From the NCBI GenBank assembly GCA_002269645.1, contig NIVC01002257.1, forward strand, positions 125,353 to 189,352: a DNA stretch of 64,000 nucleotides. The letters run 5' to 3'. Shown here piece after piece: positions 45,777 through 57,919 of this stretch. How positions within the stretch are numbered: position 1 is the first letter of the stretch; the number at the start of each line of letters is the position of its first letter. Made by a program: the position numbers and the translations under genes. Origin of the DNA: Macrostomum lignano (Eukaryota). Below the pieces are notes generated by a model that saw only the letters and a program-made list of their open reading frames with translations, had not been told where the DNA came from and searched no databases.

Positions 45777-47884
45777 ATTTTTGAACTGCTGGGTATTCGG
45801 TAACTTCTAGCAATTGATGTGTTTTGGTTAGAGGCAGGGGGTGGACTTTCAAGCGAAATTGTCCCAATTAGCATTACTGCCCATTCCGCCGACTCCCCTG
45901 AGCAGCGCACAGAAGCGCGCGGATACGTACGCAGTCATACGCACAGGCACACACTTAGGAATGTCACACAGGAGTGTACAGCGACCCTAACTTTATTTAT
46001 CGTTATGCATGTACACTTCCCTGTGCCCTGGGGGTTGGCCCTCAAAGGCCTTAATTGCACGAGCAGAGCCAAGCCGAGCACATCAGAGCGCCGCGCTAGA
46101 CCGATGTATTATTCGATGAAATTTTTCTCATGATCATAGCTTACTGAGCACCATATTACGAGTATCCAGTAAAGGTTAGCCCACGAAGCCTCTTTTACCG
46201 ATTTTTAGGTCCTTTGAAACTCACCACAGCAATTCGGCCCACTCAAGTCAAGGTTTGTGTCTCTTCTCAGCTCTCTTCTCTTCCCCCCTTCATCTCATTT
46301 CCTCTCCTCTCTTCTCGACTTTCCTTTCAACTCTCATCCCATCTATCCTTAAATCTACTCTCCCGCCTCTCTTCTCATATCTAATCTATTTTTTCCTCAC
46401 CTCTCTCCTCTATTCTCTCCTTTCCCCTCTCGTTTGGCCCTTGGACTAAAAAAGATTGCCGAAAAGAATCAAATGTTGGTTTGGATTTTACCGAATATAC
46501 GTACTCGAAATCTGTTGCAATTCTTTTGAACCCATTGATACTATATAAAAACTAGATAGTTCACTTTGAAATTATGTTGGATCTTTGTTAATACTGAAAT
46601 GGAAATGCTGATAACAAATTTCTTTAAAAAAGAATAATTAAACATGCTCGTTCAAGCTACTAAATCAAGAGTAGCTTAAATGAGTATTACTATCGGAATG
46701 TGAGTAAACTAGCTAGGGTTTTGGTATCTTTTAATTAGAAGGAAATTTACTTAGTGCATGTATTTATATCGATAAGCTGCTTTTATTCCCAATATAAATG
46801 AAATCATATTTTTATTATCCAGCAACTTTGATCTCTATGTTTCTCTTTCAACGTCTTTCAGTCACTAATAGGATATTTTCTTGCTCCTACAAGTTTTACT
46901 AATAAATAATGAGGTGTCGGTAATGCAATAAAAGTTTTCATGCGTTGAGCGCTTTTAATAAGCACAGTAAGTTTTTAGGTTTTCTAATCCTTCAAGTGCG
47001 AGCGAGTACTTATTGACAGACTGAGTCTCCATGCACCTATGCTGAATTGTGCTTATTATTGATTGACTATAACACGAACTTTAAACTTGAACATGTCAAT
47101 AAACGATAGTCCTCTGAATGTATCAATATAATGTGTTTTACTTGTGATTTTGGCATTGGAAATTTATTTTTTGTAAATATTATACTTATATTTACTCGAA
47201 TATTCCATTTTTTGTACATACGCATTTTAATACATGAGCATGTACTTGGTAACTGGCTGGCATGGCCGAACTATAATGTCTTAAGTTCTCATCGTTTGCT
47301 TGTTGCATAATTAATCGAACAGGAACTTTTCCTGGTGGAAATCGGATATGATCAATAGAATCTCTGACTTTGATTCATTTTGTAATAGTGCTGTTGCTAC
47401 TCCATGCACATGTTTGCTCTTAAAACCTTTGCTAGTTAACTAAGTTTATACGTATAGGCGGGGGGCTTCAGGCACTGCCGCATCTCACGCAGTCATACGT
47501 ACGGAGGCAGCATGTACATTCTCTGTGCCTTGGGCATCGGCCTTGATGTGAATAAATCGCATGGCAAACTCCAGGTGTAGGCCAATATTTTCGCGTACAC
47601 GAGATTAGCCCAAAAAATGAGGAATGACACGGGAATAAAAGTTTAAAATAGAAAAATAGCTGTTAACTTCGAAGACGGCCACTCAAATTTTCAAATATTG
47701 CGGAATATTCGAATAGTTCGGAAAAGGTCTCTATTGATTCTATTGGTAATAATTTTCGTTTCTAGCGATAAACTAGAATTCAATATTGACAGCCAGCAAT
47801 GCTCAAAATGTTTCTTTGGATCAAAGCTCAGCGTATGGCGCTTGAGAAAATGTCATATTAAATAAATGGTTTTGTCCGCGTCGA

Positions 47885-50604
47885 TCAACCGCAGTAGGCA
47901 GCTATTGCCGCTTCGATCTCGGCCGGTGACAGGGCCGCAGCGGCTGCGCCGAAGCAGCCGATGACGCCGCCGAAGCCGTCGCCATTAGGCGGCGCAGCGC
48001 CAAGCCAGAGACGCGGCCGGTCGGTTGGCAGCGCGGCGGCCGGACTAGCGGAATCCACGGTCGCGTCGGCGTCGAAGCCAGCAGTCAGCGGCCTGCCGTC
48101 GAGCACAAGCGCGCCAATCGGGCTGATCACAGCGACGCTATGCCAGGCTCCTGGCAGTATAGCCGAGGTCAGCGCCGTGTAGCTGGCAACGGATTTGAGG
48201 TCTCCAAACTTCGGTGCTGCAGACGAGCGTTCCGATGCGAGCACCGAGGCCAGGCGGCTGGCCCCGACCGACAGCTGGACGAGTCGACGGCTGCCGGAGT
48301 TCCAGAAGGTCATCAGGGGCCGAGGCAGCGGGCTGGCGGTTTCCGTCAGCTTGAACTTGGCGAAAAAGGTCCAATCTGTGTCTTCCTCGTCCATTAGATC
48401 TATAAATGGTTAAGTAAAATGTGGTACAACTTTTAACAAACGGCTAACTACAATAGTTTTCAGAACTTTAAAAAGCATTGGTATGCCGTTGGACGGGACA
48501 CATGTTACAAGCCATGTGACCACACAGAAATAATAGCGCTGTGAAAGAGTATCAGGTCGCCAAATCTTACCGCTCATCTCTCCGCCAGTCTCATCCGTTA
48601 CAACCAGACCGGCGTTTACCAGCTCAGAGAATCTGGCACCGTCCGATCCCAGCAGTCCGACAGCCGCAGATTTTGGCTCCGGCCGGGCCCGCAGGCGTCG
48701 ACTATCCAGCAAGCTGTGCGTCCGGCCGCCCGCCAGGCTGTACACCGCTCGCAGAGCCAATCGGTGCCTCAGTGGCTCGGTCGCCGACAGTCCTCGCAGC
48801 TGATCCAGCAACTTGGTCAAGTTTGCAAGCAGCGCGGACGTCGTCGAGGCCGATGGCGGCAGTCGATCACAGGCGGCGCGGGCCCGGCGCAGAGCAGCGG
48901 TCAGAGCCGGCGAGTAGCGGCCCTTCTCCAGACGGGACACGTCGCAAGCTAGTCCGGACAGGTTCGAAGCTACAGAGTTCAACTCCCGAGCCAGCGTCCC
49001 CTGCGTCGGGGGCTGCCATCGTCGACAGTCGCTGCCGGTCACGCCGCCGCCGATGTTGATCCCATTGTCCGGCGGCACCGGCAGGACGGAGCTCTCGGTG
49101 ATGTTGGTAGCGTTAGCATCGCCAGCGATTTCGTCGGGACCGGCGTCTATGCTGAGGCTGCTCAGGCAGATGCTGCAGGGCACGCTCATGTCCGGGTCGT
49201 CGATGAGGCGCTTCTCAAACAGCGAGCGGGACTCGCTACCAGGTGGTGATTTGAACTCCACCTGACAAACCAAAGGGAGTGCCGTCAGCTTTATAGTACT
49301 TCAAAGGCTATGATAAAGAGCCCAGCTCCTCCCCCATTAAGTCGTCACCTTCAGCGGGAAGCGATCGAGTCTCGACGGTGCGCCAGTGATTTTAACGGAG
49401 CGCCTGTCGGTGTCGCGCAGGTCCATGACGCAGGTCAGCTTAGACAGCAGCAGGTGCCGCACCTGGCTTGGAGCAATTGGCAGTCCGTATTTTAGCACGG
49501 CTCGTTTGGCTAGCAGTTCCGAGTCCTCCTTGGTCTTCAGCTGCATCATCATGTAGAAGCCGGTGTCAGTGAAGTGGAACACCTTCTTGCTGGTGTTGAA
49601 CCCCGTGGCAGACAGAGCTTCGGACTTGATTATGCGAGGATCGCCAACCGTTGCCCATAGCAACTGGGGCGCGATATCAGACCTAGGGGAGTATGTATTG
49701 GTCTAGGAAGTAGAATCCTTGATCTTGTAAGACTTGAAGGACTATAACAAAATTTAAATTCAATGGAGCCCAGTAAATTAATCCCAGTTAGAGGATTTTA
49801 GAAAGCCTGAGAGGTACGAGCGTACCAGCGTGTTTGCAAATTATCTATCTAGATATTTCTCTGTCCGCTCCATGAAGTCTGTTACTGCACCCGTTAGGCT
49901 TGTGACCTGACATCACCGCCATCGAATGGATTGTATGAAAAAAGACGTTTTGCTTTATCTTCTACCCATCTGCCGCGAGTAATATCAAAATCATTGAATC
50001 GAGTAAAAACAAAAACAGGCCAGTGTACTTCGGAGCAGGATTGGAAAGGGTCAGAGTGTCTTCTCTGCATCTTTCATTCTATCTATTCAACTCAATGGAT
50101 GAGATTGTCTTTCTTTCAGCTCTCACTCTCTTCTGCGTACTGTTGTCAGGCAACGGCTACGGGTCGGGGGGGGCCTCAGTGGCGCGATTTTCTCGTCTCA
50201 TCCAAGGCACACACGCAGTGGGCTCGTGCTGCAGCACTTCGTTGTCAAATTTTGCAGTAGCGTATCACTGCATATCATATCTACTAAGATATCTATAGCT
50301 AAACAAGCGCAGTTAGGAGCAGTAGAAAGAACAGAGTAATTAGAATGGAGCGAAGTCTAAAGGAAGTGCATTGCAGTTGAGACCAGGACATTAGATTTGC
50401 TCATTGCAATAATACCATTTACCTGTTAGTAGCCAACAAAGCCTCATTGGTCGTGGCCCTGTAGCCTTTGATAGTGACCTCGCCGTCCTTTGTCCGTTTA
50501 GTCGCTATTAGGTCGGGCAGGCCCAGCTCAAAGTGCACAGCCAGGCTGGCTAGAGGGCCGCTAAGCAAGAGCAGCAGAGGTAAAACAGTGGTTTCAATGG
50601 CCAT
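47885..50604 (-). CDS. secreted protein with C-terminal LamG/concanavalin-A-like domain; 4 exons 50604-50423, 49682-49349, 49261-48571, 48399-47885 (573 aa)
   Basis: Signal peptide MAIETTVLPLLLLLSGPLASLA. GT-AG introns join four track ORFs in frame (1722 nt). The last exon has LamG hallmarks: WTFFAKFK, GAWHSVAV, LVLDG, LWLGA, GFGGVIG, ALSPAEI. Confidence 0.8.
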
Positions 50605-51728
50605 TGCACACCTGCCGTTTTCCTCCTGCCTCTGTTGCTGGTCAACATTTTTACTTTATCACTTTTCGCACCGAGTTTCAATGGCGATTTTAACTGTACT
50701 TGGCATCGTGACTGAGACCGGAAGTTAAAAATTAGATTAAATGTGCATTAATCGCGAGCCTTAATCAGCTTTCCATCGACAAACAAGCATGCATCTTCTA
50801 TATGCATATGTACAACTTTACAGTTCTTAGAATTTTATGGAGTTTATCACGCTTTGGCCCTTAAGATTTTCGTTACGCGCTTCACTCATTTCAGCTTCGC
50901 TTTCAGGCGCACAATTTTGTCTAGCATTTGGTAAATATCGTTTGACGCAAATGAACAGCGAGGCTTTCAAGTTTTATGCATTGTATCCCAAAAAACAACT
51001 TGAACGTGTGGCGCCACTTGAGCTGCAGTAGATGACAGTTTCAGTAGTTGATTATTCTTTCGGAAAAACCGCGCAGCTCAGCAAAATTTTCTGTCCGAGG
51101 GCTTAGAAACTCCATGCATAGAGAGACACTACTAGATGTAATCTAAGAATTCTTACAGTGCGTCTGGTCGTAGTGCTGGCAAACAGAAGCCTTTCGTTCT
51201 CGTCTCAGTAAGTCGCGCGCAGTTTAACTGTCTTATTGAGCATAAAAGCACCAATCCAGTCTCTACAAGTATAAGGAAGATTTCTGCTTGAGGCTAAACA
51301 GAAAAGTAGCGAAAGAGCAACTACTGATGAAGTCTTGTGGGCCCTGCTGTTACTCGTAATTGTCAGTTTGTTACTTAAGTCACACCAGTCGCTTTTTTTA
51401 ATTGATACATTGAGCTTTACGAAACGAAATCAAATTTCCATGCAATTTCACAGTGTACTTTGTACGAGTTTCTGAGATCAAAACATTAAATTCTTTGTTT
51501 TAACTCATTCCTCTCGAATCTCGAAAGAAATTTTCATTATCATTTATTTCTCCAAGGACTACTAAAAAGTTCCATTTGGCTTCTTTAATTTGTTGTCGCT
51601 AAAATTTTCGTTTATCCTTTCTCTATTCTATTTCTATTTTTCTATTTCTTTTCTATTCTATTTCTTAAAAAATCTTAATACTATCAAGTATGCTCGTAAT
51701 ATTGATAACAGACACTATTTTGTATCGC

Positions 51729-52633
51729 CAGGGGCGCCATCGCTACACAAGGGGCGCGATTGCTATCCAAAGGGTGCCGTCGCTTTTCAAGGGACGCGAT
51801 TGCTATCCAAAGGGTGCCGTCGCTTTTCAAGGGACGCGATTGCTATCCAAAGGGTGCCGTCGCTATTCAGGGGGCGCGATTGCTATCCAAAGGGTGCCGT
51901 CGCTATTCAGGGGGCGCGATTGCTATCCAAAGGGTGCCGTCGCTATTCAAGGGGCGCGATTGCTATCCAAAGGGTGCCGTCGCTATTCAAGGGACGCAAC
52001 TGCTATCCAAAGGGTGCCGTCGCTATTCAGGGGGCGCGATTGCTATCCAAAGGGTGCCGTCGCTATTCAGGGGGCGCGATTGCTATCCAAAGGGTGCCGT
52101 CGCTATTCAGGGGGCGCGATTGCTATCCAAAGGGTGCCGTCGCTATTCAGGGGGCGCGATTGCTATCCAAAGGGTGCCGTCGCTATTCAGGGGGCGCGAT
52201 TGCTATCCAAAGGGTGCCGTCGCTTTTCAGGGGGCGCGATTGCTATCCAAAGGGTGCCGTCGCTATTCAGGGGGCGCGATTGCTATCCAAAGGGTGCCGT
52301 CGCTATTCAGGGGGCGCGATTGCTATCCAAAGGGTGCCGTCGCTATTCAGGGGGCGCGATTGCTATCCAAAGGGTGCCGTCGCTATTCAGGGGGCGCGAT
52401 TGCTATCCAAAGGGTGCCGTCGCTTTTCAGGGGGCGCGATTGCTATCCAAAGGGTGCCGTCGCTTTTCAGGGGGCGCGATTGCTATCCAAAGGGTGCCGT
52501 CGCTTTTCAGGGGGCGCGATTGCTATCCAAAGGGTGCCGTCGCTATTCAAGGGACGCGATTGCTATCCAAAGGGTGCCGTCGCTATTCAAGGGACGCTAT
52601 CCAAAGCGCGCCATCGCTATTCAAGAGGGCGCC
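51729..52633 (+). repeat. 40-bp minisatellite (cgctattcagggggcgcgat tgctatccaaagggtgccgt), ~22 copies, built from two related 20-mers
   Basis: Direct reading. Confidence 0.96.
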
Positions 52634-54057
52634 AGCCCAGAAGCACCTTTCTAGGTTTTCCTTATTGCTTTGGTGAATTTAGTAACATATTAGAGATTTA
52701 GTATATTGTGAATATATGTAAGTTCAATAGAAATACTCAACAGGTGAGCAGCAGAGCTCTCAGACTAAAGTAACATATGGCAGAATACAAAAATGAAGAC
52801 CTTTTCTATTAAAAATACAACAGTGACAGGATCGGGAATTTTCAATAAGCCAGACAAAGTTAATTAAAATAACTCACTGAAAGAAAAAGAGGGTAACGAC
52901 AGACGCGCAATAATTACTCAAGAACACTAAAGTCGTGCTTGTAGAAGCAATGAAGTGATTGATATCCAGAGCTTTTACGAGCAATTCTATGTGGGTAACC
53001 AGCTGTGTGCTTTAAAATACAACTACTTGCTCAGTAAAAGTATTAGAAGTATTATCCCTTAATTTCCCAGATCCGCTATAGTTTTAACAAAGGCAGTTAA
53101 CAAAATTACTGCTGCATGAGCATCAGAACGTGAATAAATAGCAATAGAAGTTTCAGTTAGCAAAGTTAAAAATATTAATGTCATTACGCTCGTAAAAAAG
53201 ATTAAAACACAGACATATATTCTTTGCATATTACTGCGAACAACTGTCGCTGCAGATAAGTTACAGCATTGGAGCAGAGCAGCCTATCGGTTAACAGTCC
53301 TAGTCCTAGCTCTAAAGCCACACCAAATTGGCCCAGGGCTTTTTGTCGCGCGAATCACAACCACGAGGGCCAAACCCCAGGGCACAAGACTGTACATGCC
53401 TGATGATGAGAAAGTCAGGACCGCTGTAAACCCTGTGTGAGAGTGTGTGAGTGCTTTCCTGATCGCGTATGCATTTTGCCCAGCGCAGATATCATTCCAT
53501 TATACTGTTCCGCCTATAATAATAATTGTGGTAGAGCAGTCACATGACGAAATTTGTATACAGGGTAGATTTACACATTGGGAGCGATTGGGAAATAATG
53601 GTGAAAAATACTTGCTATCTTGTCTGGGTGAAAGTACGTATTATACAATGCTGGTTTGGGACAATGTCTTCGAAGGCGTCGCCCTCGTGCAAATATTATT
53701 AATGAGATACATAAAAAGAAATAATTTTTTAATCAGCGGATTATTGCGGATTTAAAAAAGCCTTACCACCAATAAACAAAGATTATAAGTAATAATGTGA
53801 GGGGCTATACAGAGCTGAGCAGGAAAACGTTGACACGATCTGTGCTTTCTGTAGATTTATGTAGATTAGGGCCTAATTCAGCCTACTGGGAAGAAAAATA
53901 TAAGCATAAGTTGTTATACTAATGTATATTATTTTTAATAAGGCGCGCAGTATTTTCAAATAGGAGATTTATGCTGACCAATTATGTCCACAAGCCTGAG
54001 TGTTACTGGCCTTCCGATGTTTGTTTGGCTTTCTGGAAAAATGCGAAATTATTACAT

Positions 54058-56562
54058 TTAGTCAGTGTTACCATTTTTTCGCAAGAATATATCAAATACT
54101 TCGAATAATCCTTTGCTCACCTTTATGGTAGGAGCAGATTCAGGAGTATTTTCTGGGTTAGTACAGAAGCACGCCAAGTAATCTTGAATATGCTTTCTGA
54201 TAGCGAAACTCCTGGGAATGTAAGTTGGCTGAAAGCTTTGCATGGCAGCCCTGACATCGAAGAATATATGGCCAACGACGAAGATTCCTTTGTAGGCGTC
54301 TTTTTCAACACGAGCTCTTTGCTTGATTCCCTCGCAAAGAAATTTCTTCCTTTCGTCACAAGTGCACGCCATTGTCCTGAATATGTCATACTCATTGACT
54401 CCTGTCGACTGCATGCCACTCGAGCACCAAAACTGCACTCTTTTCTCCTTGCAGCGTTTCCCATCGCAGTTGTAAATAATTGCTGTCAGCACTCTTCCCT
54501 CCGTCGGTTGACACGGCTGGCACTTTTCCGCTAAGCCTTGAAGCATTACTGAACTTGATGCGGGGCTTGAGTCCATGGAGCTGTCGCCTCGCGAGTAGTG
54601 TAAGATGTCGCTCTGCCTGTCCGAGTAAGTTTTCACCGACGCTAGCAGAGATTTCCGGTTTTTATAGCGATCCGATTCCGATTCATGCAGCGAGAAGTCA
54701 AACTGTATCTCGATTTGCTTATACCGCTTGTATCTGAAGCCGATCGGAGCCACCTCATTTCCTGTGTCATCACTAAATGGAATACGCTCGTGGCAGCACG
54801 TTTCAATGAGGCACAGATACTCGCTCAGTAGTGTTTCTGGGTTGAGTTTTGCCTTTTTATTACGGCTAGATACTTCAGAAACTTTTCGCTTCATAGCAAA
54901 GAACTCCACCAGGCATGGAATTTCAATGCATGCATTGGCTTTCACAACTGAATCAAGTGAGCCAGCTGCGTCACAAAGGGTCAGGTAGAGAAGCGCATTG
55001 TGCACAGGCTCGTTTTTCAGTGCCCGCGACGGCTCCAAGAAAATTTTTCCCAATTCTGCATCGGGATCAACAAAAATTTCCCAGGACTCCTCCTTCGGTG
55101 ATTTTGATACTCGGTGTTTAGATGTCCGGTTTGGTCCTGGCTGTGTTTCTGAGCTCGGTTCGCAGGCAAAGCGCAGTAACTCATAGATGCAGTCTGAGTA
55201 GCGGTCCTTGCCTTCTAAGTTCAGCCCACTGTAGCACAGTATTGTCAGCAGAGCCAGCCGCAGCCTCAGCCGATGCAGCTGACTCGGCAGCAGGCTCTGT
55301 CTGATGCTCACTTCTTTGGTTAACTTTGTCAGAAAGAATTCGGCGATCCAGTTTTGGAGTTCCTCAGCCTGAAAATATTTACAAATTCATGGATTTCAAC
55401 ATGCACAGAAAATTTTATTCCACCTGAACTCATGAACCTTCTGCACTGCAGTGAAGCTGAGCACTTACCTGTTTATTAGGTTCCGTGTGTTCTTCGTTGT
55501 AGCTGAAACGTTAAGATATCAAAATTTTTCAGTATGCATGATTTCTTAATTGCATTCTAATTTTCAGTATGACAGCAATTGCTGTGTTGCATTTATAAAT
55601 CAGACTTACCTGAAGAAACAAAGTGTAGCAGCGCAGGGAATGAGAACGAACTGAACAATTTCTGTTTGATCTTCTGTCGACTGATTTTCCTTGCTCTTGT
55701 CATCAAGAAGTTTCACAACTTCAATTAAAGGTGCTCCATAAAGCTGCTCAGCGGGCAGCTGGTGTATTTTTAGTGATTCGGAGTAGAGATGCTCTTCGGC
55801 TCGTTCTTTATAGGTTTTAGCCAAATCGATATAGGTGTCTGTCTCGTCATAGAGCAAGCAGACCGGCATTTTGTACAGAGCAGGCAGTTTTTTAGGTATT
55901 GCTCTGCTGCACTCAATCATGGTACCAAAGGTCAAGAAATTCCCGTGATTTACCTTCTGTGGTTCATTCGACTGCATGAGCTTTGCACAGAACAGGCCGA
56001 ACCAGGCCAAAAACTTCTTCATTGTTTCACCATTTTTTCCAGAGAAAATGTCGACAATAGAGTCAGGTTTGCAATTTATCACAATTTCCTTACATTTTCC
56101 TGCGTAAAAAAGCCGCAACGCCAAGTTGCACAGATCGTTGAGCAAAACGGTGGTCTTGGCTCGGTCTTTTTCACTTGTCCTGTCGTAGTTATTTACACTC
56201 AGTGTATATATGCATAGTGGATGGAGGGGAGCCATCCAGTGAGTCGCGAAAGTTTTAGATTTAGATCCTGGGAAGAAAGTTTGCTTAATCTTCTCTTTAG
56301 TTTTGCATTGTTTGGCCTTACCATTTTCAGGAGACTCGCAAGCAATAATAATAATCATGTCGTCAGCAGCTCCTTGATCGAAGGAAACTTTCAATGGATC
56401 AGCTTTAATTCCGGTAGCATTCCTTGTTCGGTTGCACACTGCATTTCCGAGTGCTAGCAGTGATCGAATTCTCAATTCTTGGGCTCTCCGTATCTGTTCT
56501 GAGGCTCTTTTGCTGTCAGCAACTTCTTTTGATTCAGCCATGAACTGTTTACGCCTATTCAA
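54058..56562 (-). CDS. uncharacterised ~758-aa protein; exons 56541(or 56562)-55610, 55502-55469 (34-nt microexon), 55368-54058
   Basis: Two long ORFs joined by canonical sites (ag|gtaagt at 55610 and 55469; ttcag| at 55503 and 55369) into one 2277-nt frame from ATG 56541. No recognisable domain. Confidence 0.78.
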
Positions 56563-56952
56563 CTACATGTATTTCTATTGCTTGAATTTCTAAACCTGCA
56601 AATACTTGAAGCTTTAAAGTGTTTTAAGATGCTGGGTTTTACGAGCTAATTGCCTGGCAGGAATATGTGCATGTTTGGATGGATGGAACTAGCTTTCATT
56701 GGATGGATTCCGTGTTGACTGACTGGATTGATTCTGCCGAATTAAACCTGGCAAGAAAGCATTTTCGAATATACGAGGCGTATTTCAAGAAGACTAGCTC
56801 ATAGTTTCCTCCAGTCTAGGGGTGGACATGCAGTGCATTCTTACTTGGACAGGAAATTTAATATTAATTTAGCCAGCAACTTCTACACCCATCATCTATC
56901 TCTGGTAGTTCAGTGCGCTATTCCACTGTATTTTGACTAAAATTTTCGGTTC

Positions 56953-57633
56953 ATGGCATCCGCAGATAGTACCAGTGCTGAAGCCGACGTTTCAAATGTT
57001 GAAGCAGAATCAAAGAGAAAAGCCGAACTAGAAGCCGTGTGTGTGATGGCAGCCGAAGGGTCTCTCAGAGAGCTGAAGTTGAAGATTGAAAGCGGAGCGA
57101 CGATCGACCGCTTCATGAAAGAGTCGATCGATGGAAGAACGGCGCTACACTGCTGCGCAGCAGCATCGGTGACAGAAGTTCTGGTGAGCACTCAGCTGCA
57201 CACCCGAATTGCAGAAATTCTGCTCCAAAACGGTGCTGACGCTTTCGCCAGAGACAAGGATGGCCGATCGGCCCTACACCTGGCAGTGATGTCGTCCAAC
57301 CCGAGCCTGGTAGACCTGCTACTGACAGCACGTCCTGGCAATCCGAACATCCAGGACATTCGTAGATCTTGGACTCCATTGATGTATGCTGCCAAATGCA
57401 AATCATCGACAATAACAAAACTTCTTCTGAAGAACGATGCGAGACACGACATCGCCGACAAGGACGGAAACACTGCTCTCATCATCGCGGCAGAGAACCG
57501 CAACACGGAAGTTTTTAAACTGCTCGTGAAGCGCGGTGCAGACTTGGATCACCGCAACAACAGTGGCGATTCAGCAAAGAGCATTGCCTCCGATCAAAGA
57601 TGGGAACTCATGAAGAAATGGATTCAAGAGTAA
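56953..57633 (+). CDS. ankyrin-repeat protein, 226 aa (~5 repeats)
   Basis: DGRTALHCCA, DGRSALHLAV, SWTPLMYAA, DGNTALIIAA, GADLDHRNNSGDSA. Confidence 0.92.
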   Translation: MASADSTSAEADVSNVEAESKRKAELEAVCVMAAEGSLRELKLKIESGATIDRFMKESIDGRTALHCCAAASVTEVLVSTQLHTRIAEILLQNGADAFARDKDGRSALHLAVMSSNPSLVDLLLTARPGNPNIQDIRRSWTPLMYAAKCKSSTITKLLLKNDARHDIADKDGNTALIIAAENRNTEVFKLLVKRGADLDHRNNSGDSAKSIASDQRWELMKKWIQE

Positions 57634-57919
57634 GTTAAAAAGGACTCGTGTGCTTTTTAGACCACAAAGACAAACAAAACTAAAACTCGGAAAACAATTT
57701 ACTTTTCATGCAGGTATCTTCGTCTCGCTAACAATCAGGAGATGGTAAGTTATCTATCATGCCTTTTCAAGTGAATATTAAACGCAGAAGGCAAACAGAC
57801 TATATAGGATAAGAAAGAGAGCCTTAAAGCGTTTGGCTTTAAGCTACTCTTCCTCTAATCGACTACATAAGTAATCGTTTAGCTGGGGTACGAACAACAA
57901 CAACAAAAAAACAACAGCG

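Noticed and set aside
51590-52701. Three overlapping 313-354-aa repeat ORFs
   Set aside because: Artefact of a stop-free 40-bp satellite; the starts lie in AT-rich low-complexity flank.
56180-56345. NACHT/STAND P-loop in the 758-aa orphan
   Set aside because: ESPENGK lacks the GxxxxGK[ST] consensus; only recorded as a weak hint.
56772-56805. Mariner-like TIR (tacgaggcgtatttcaagaag) between the divergent genes
   Set aside because: Only the first ~8 nt resemble the 1280 terminus and no partner or TE body is present.
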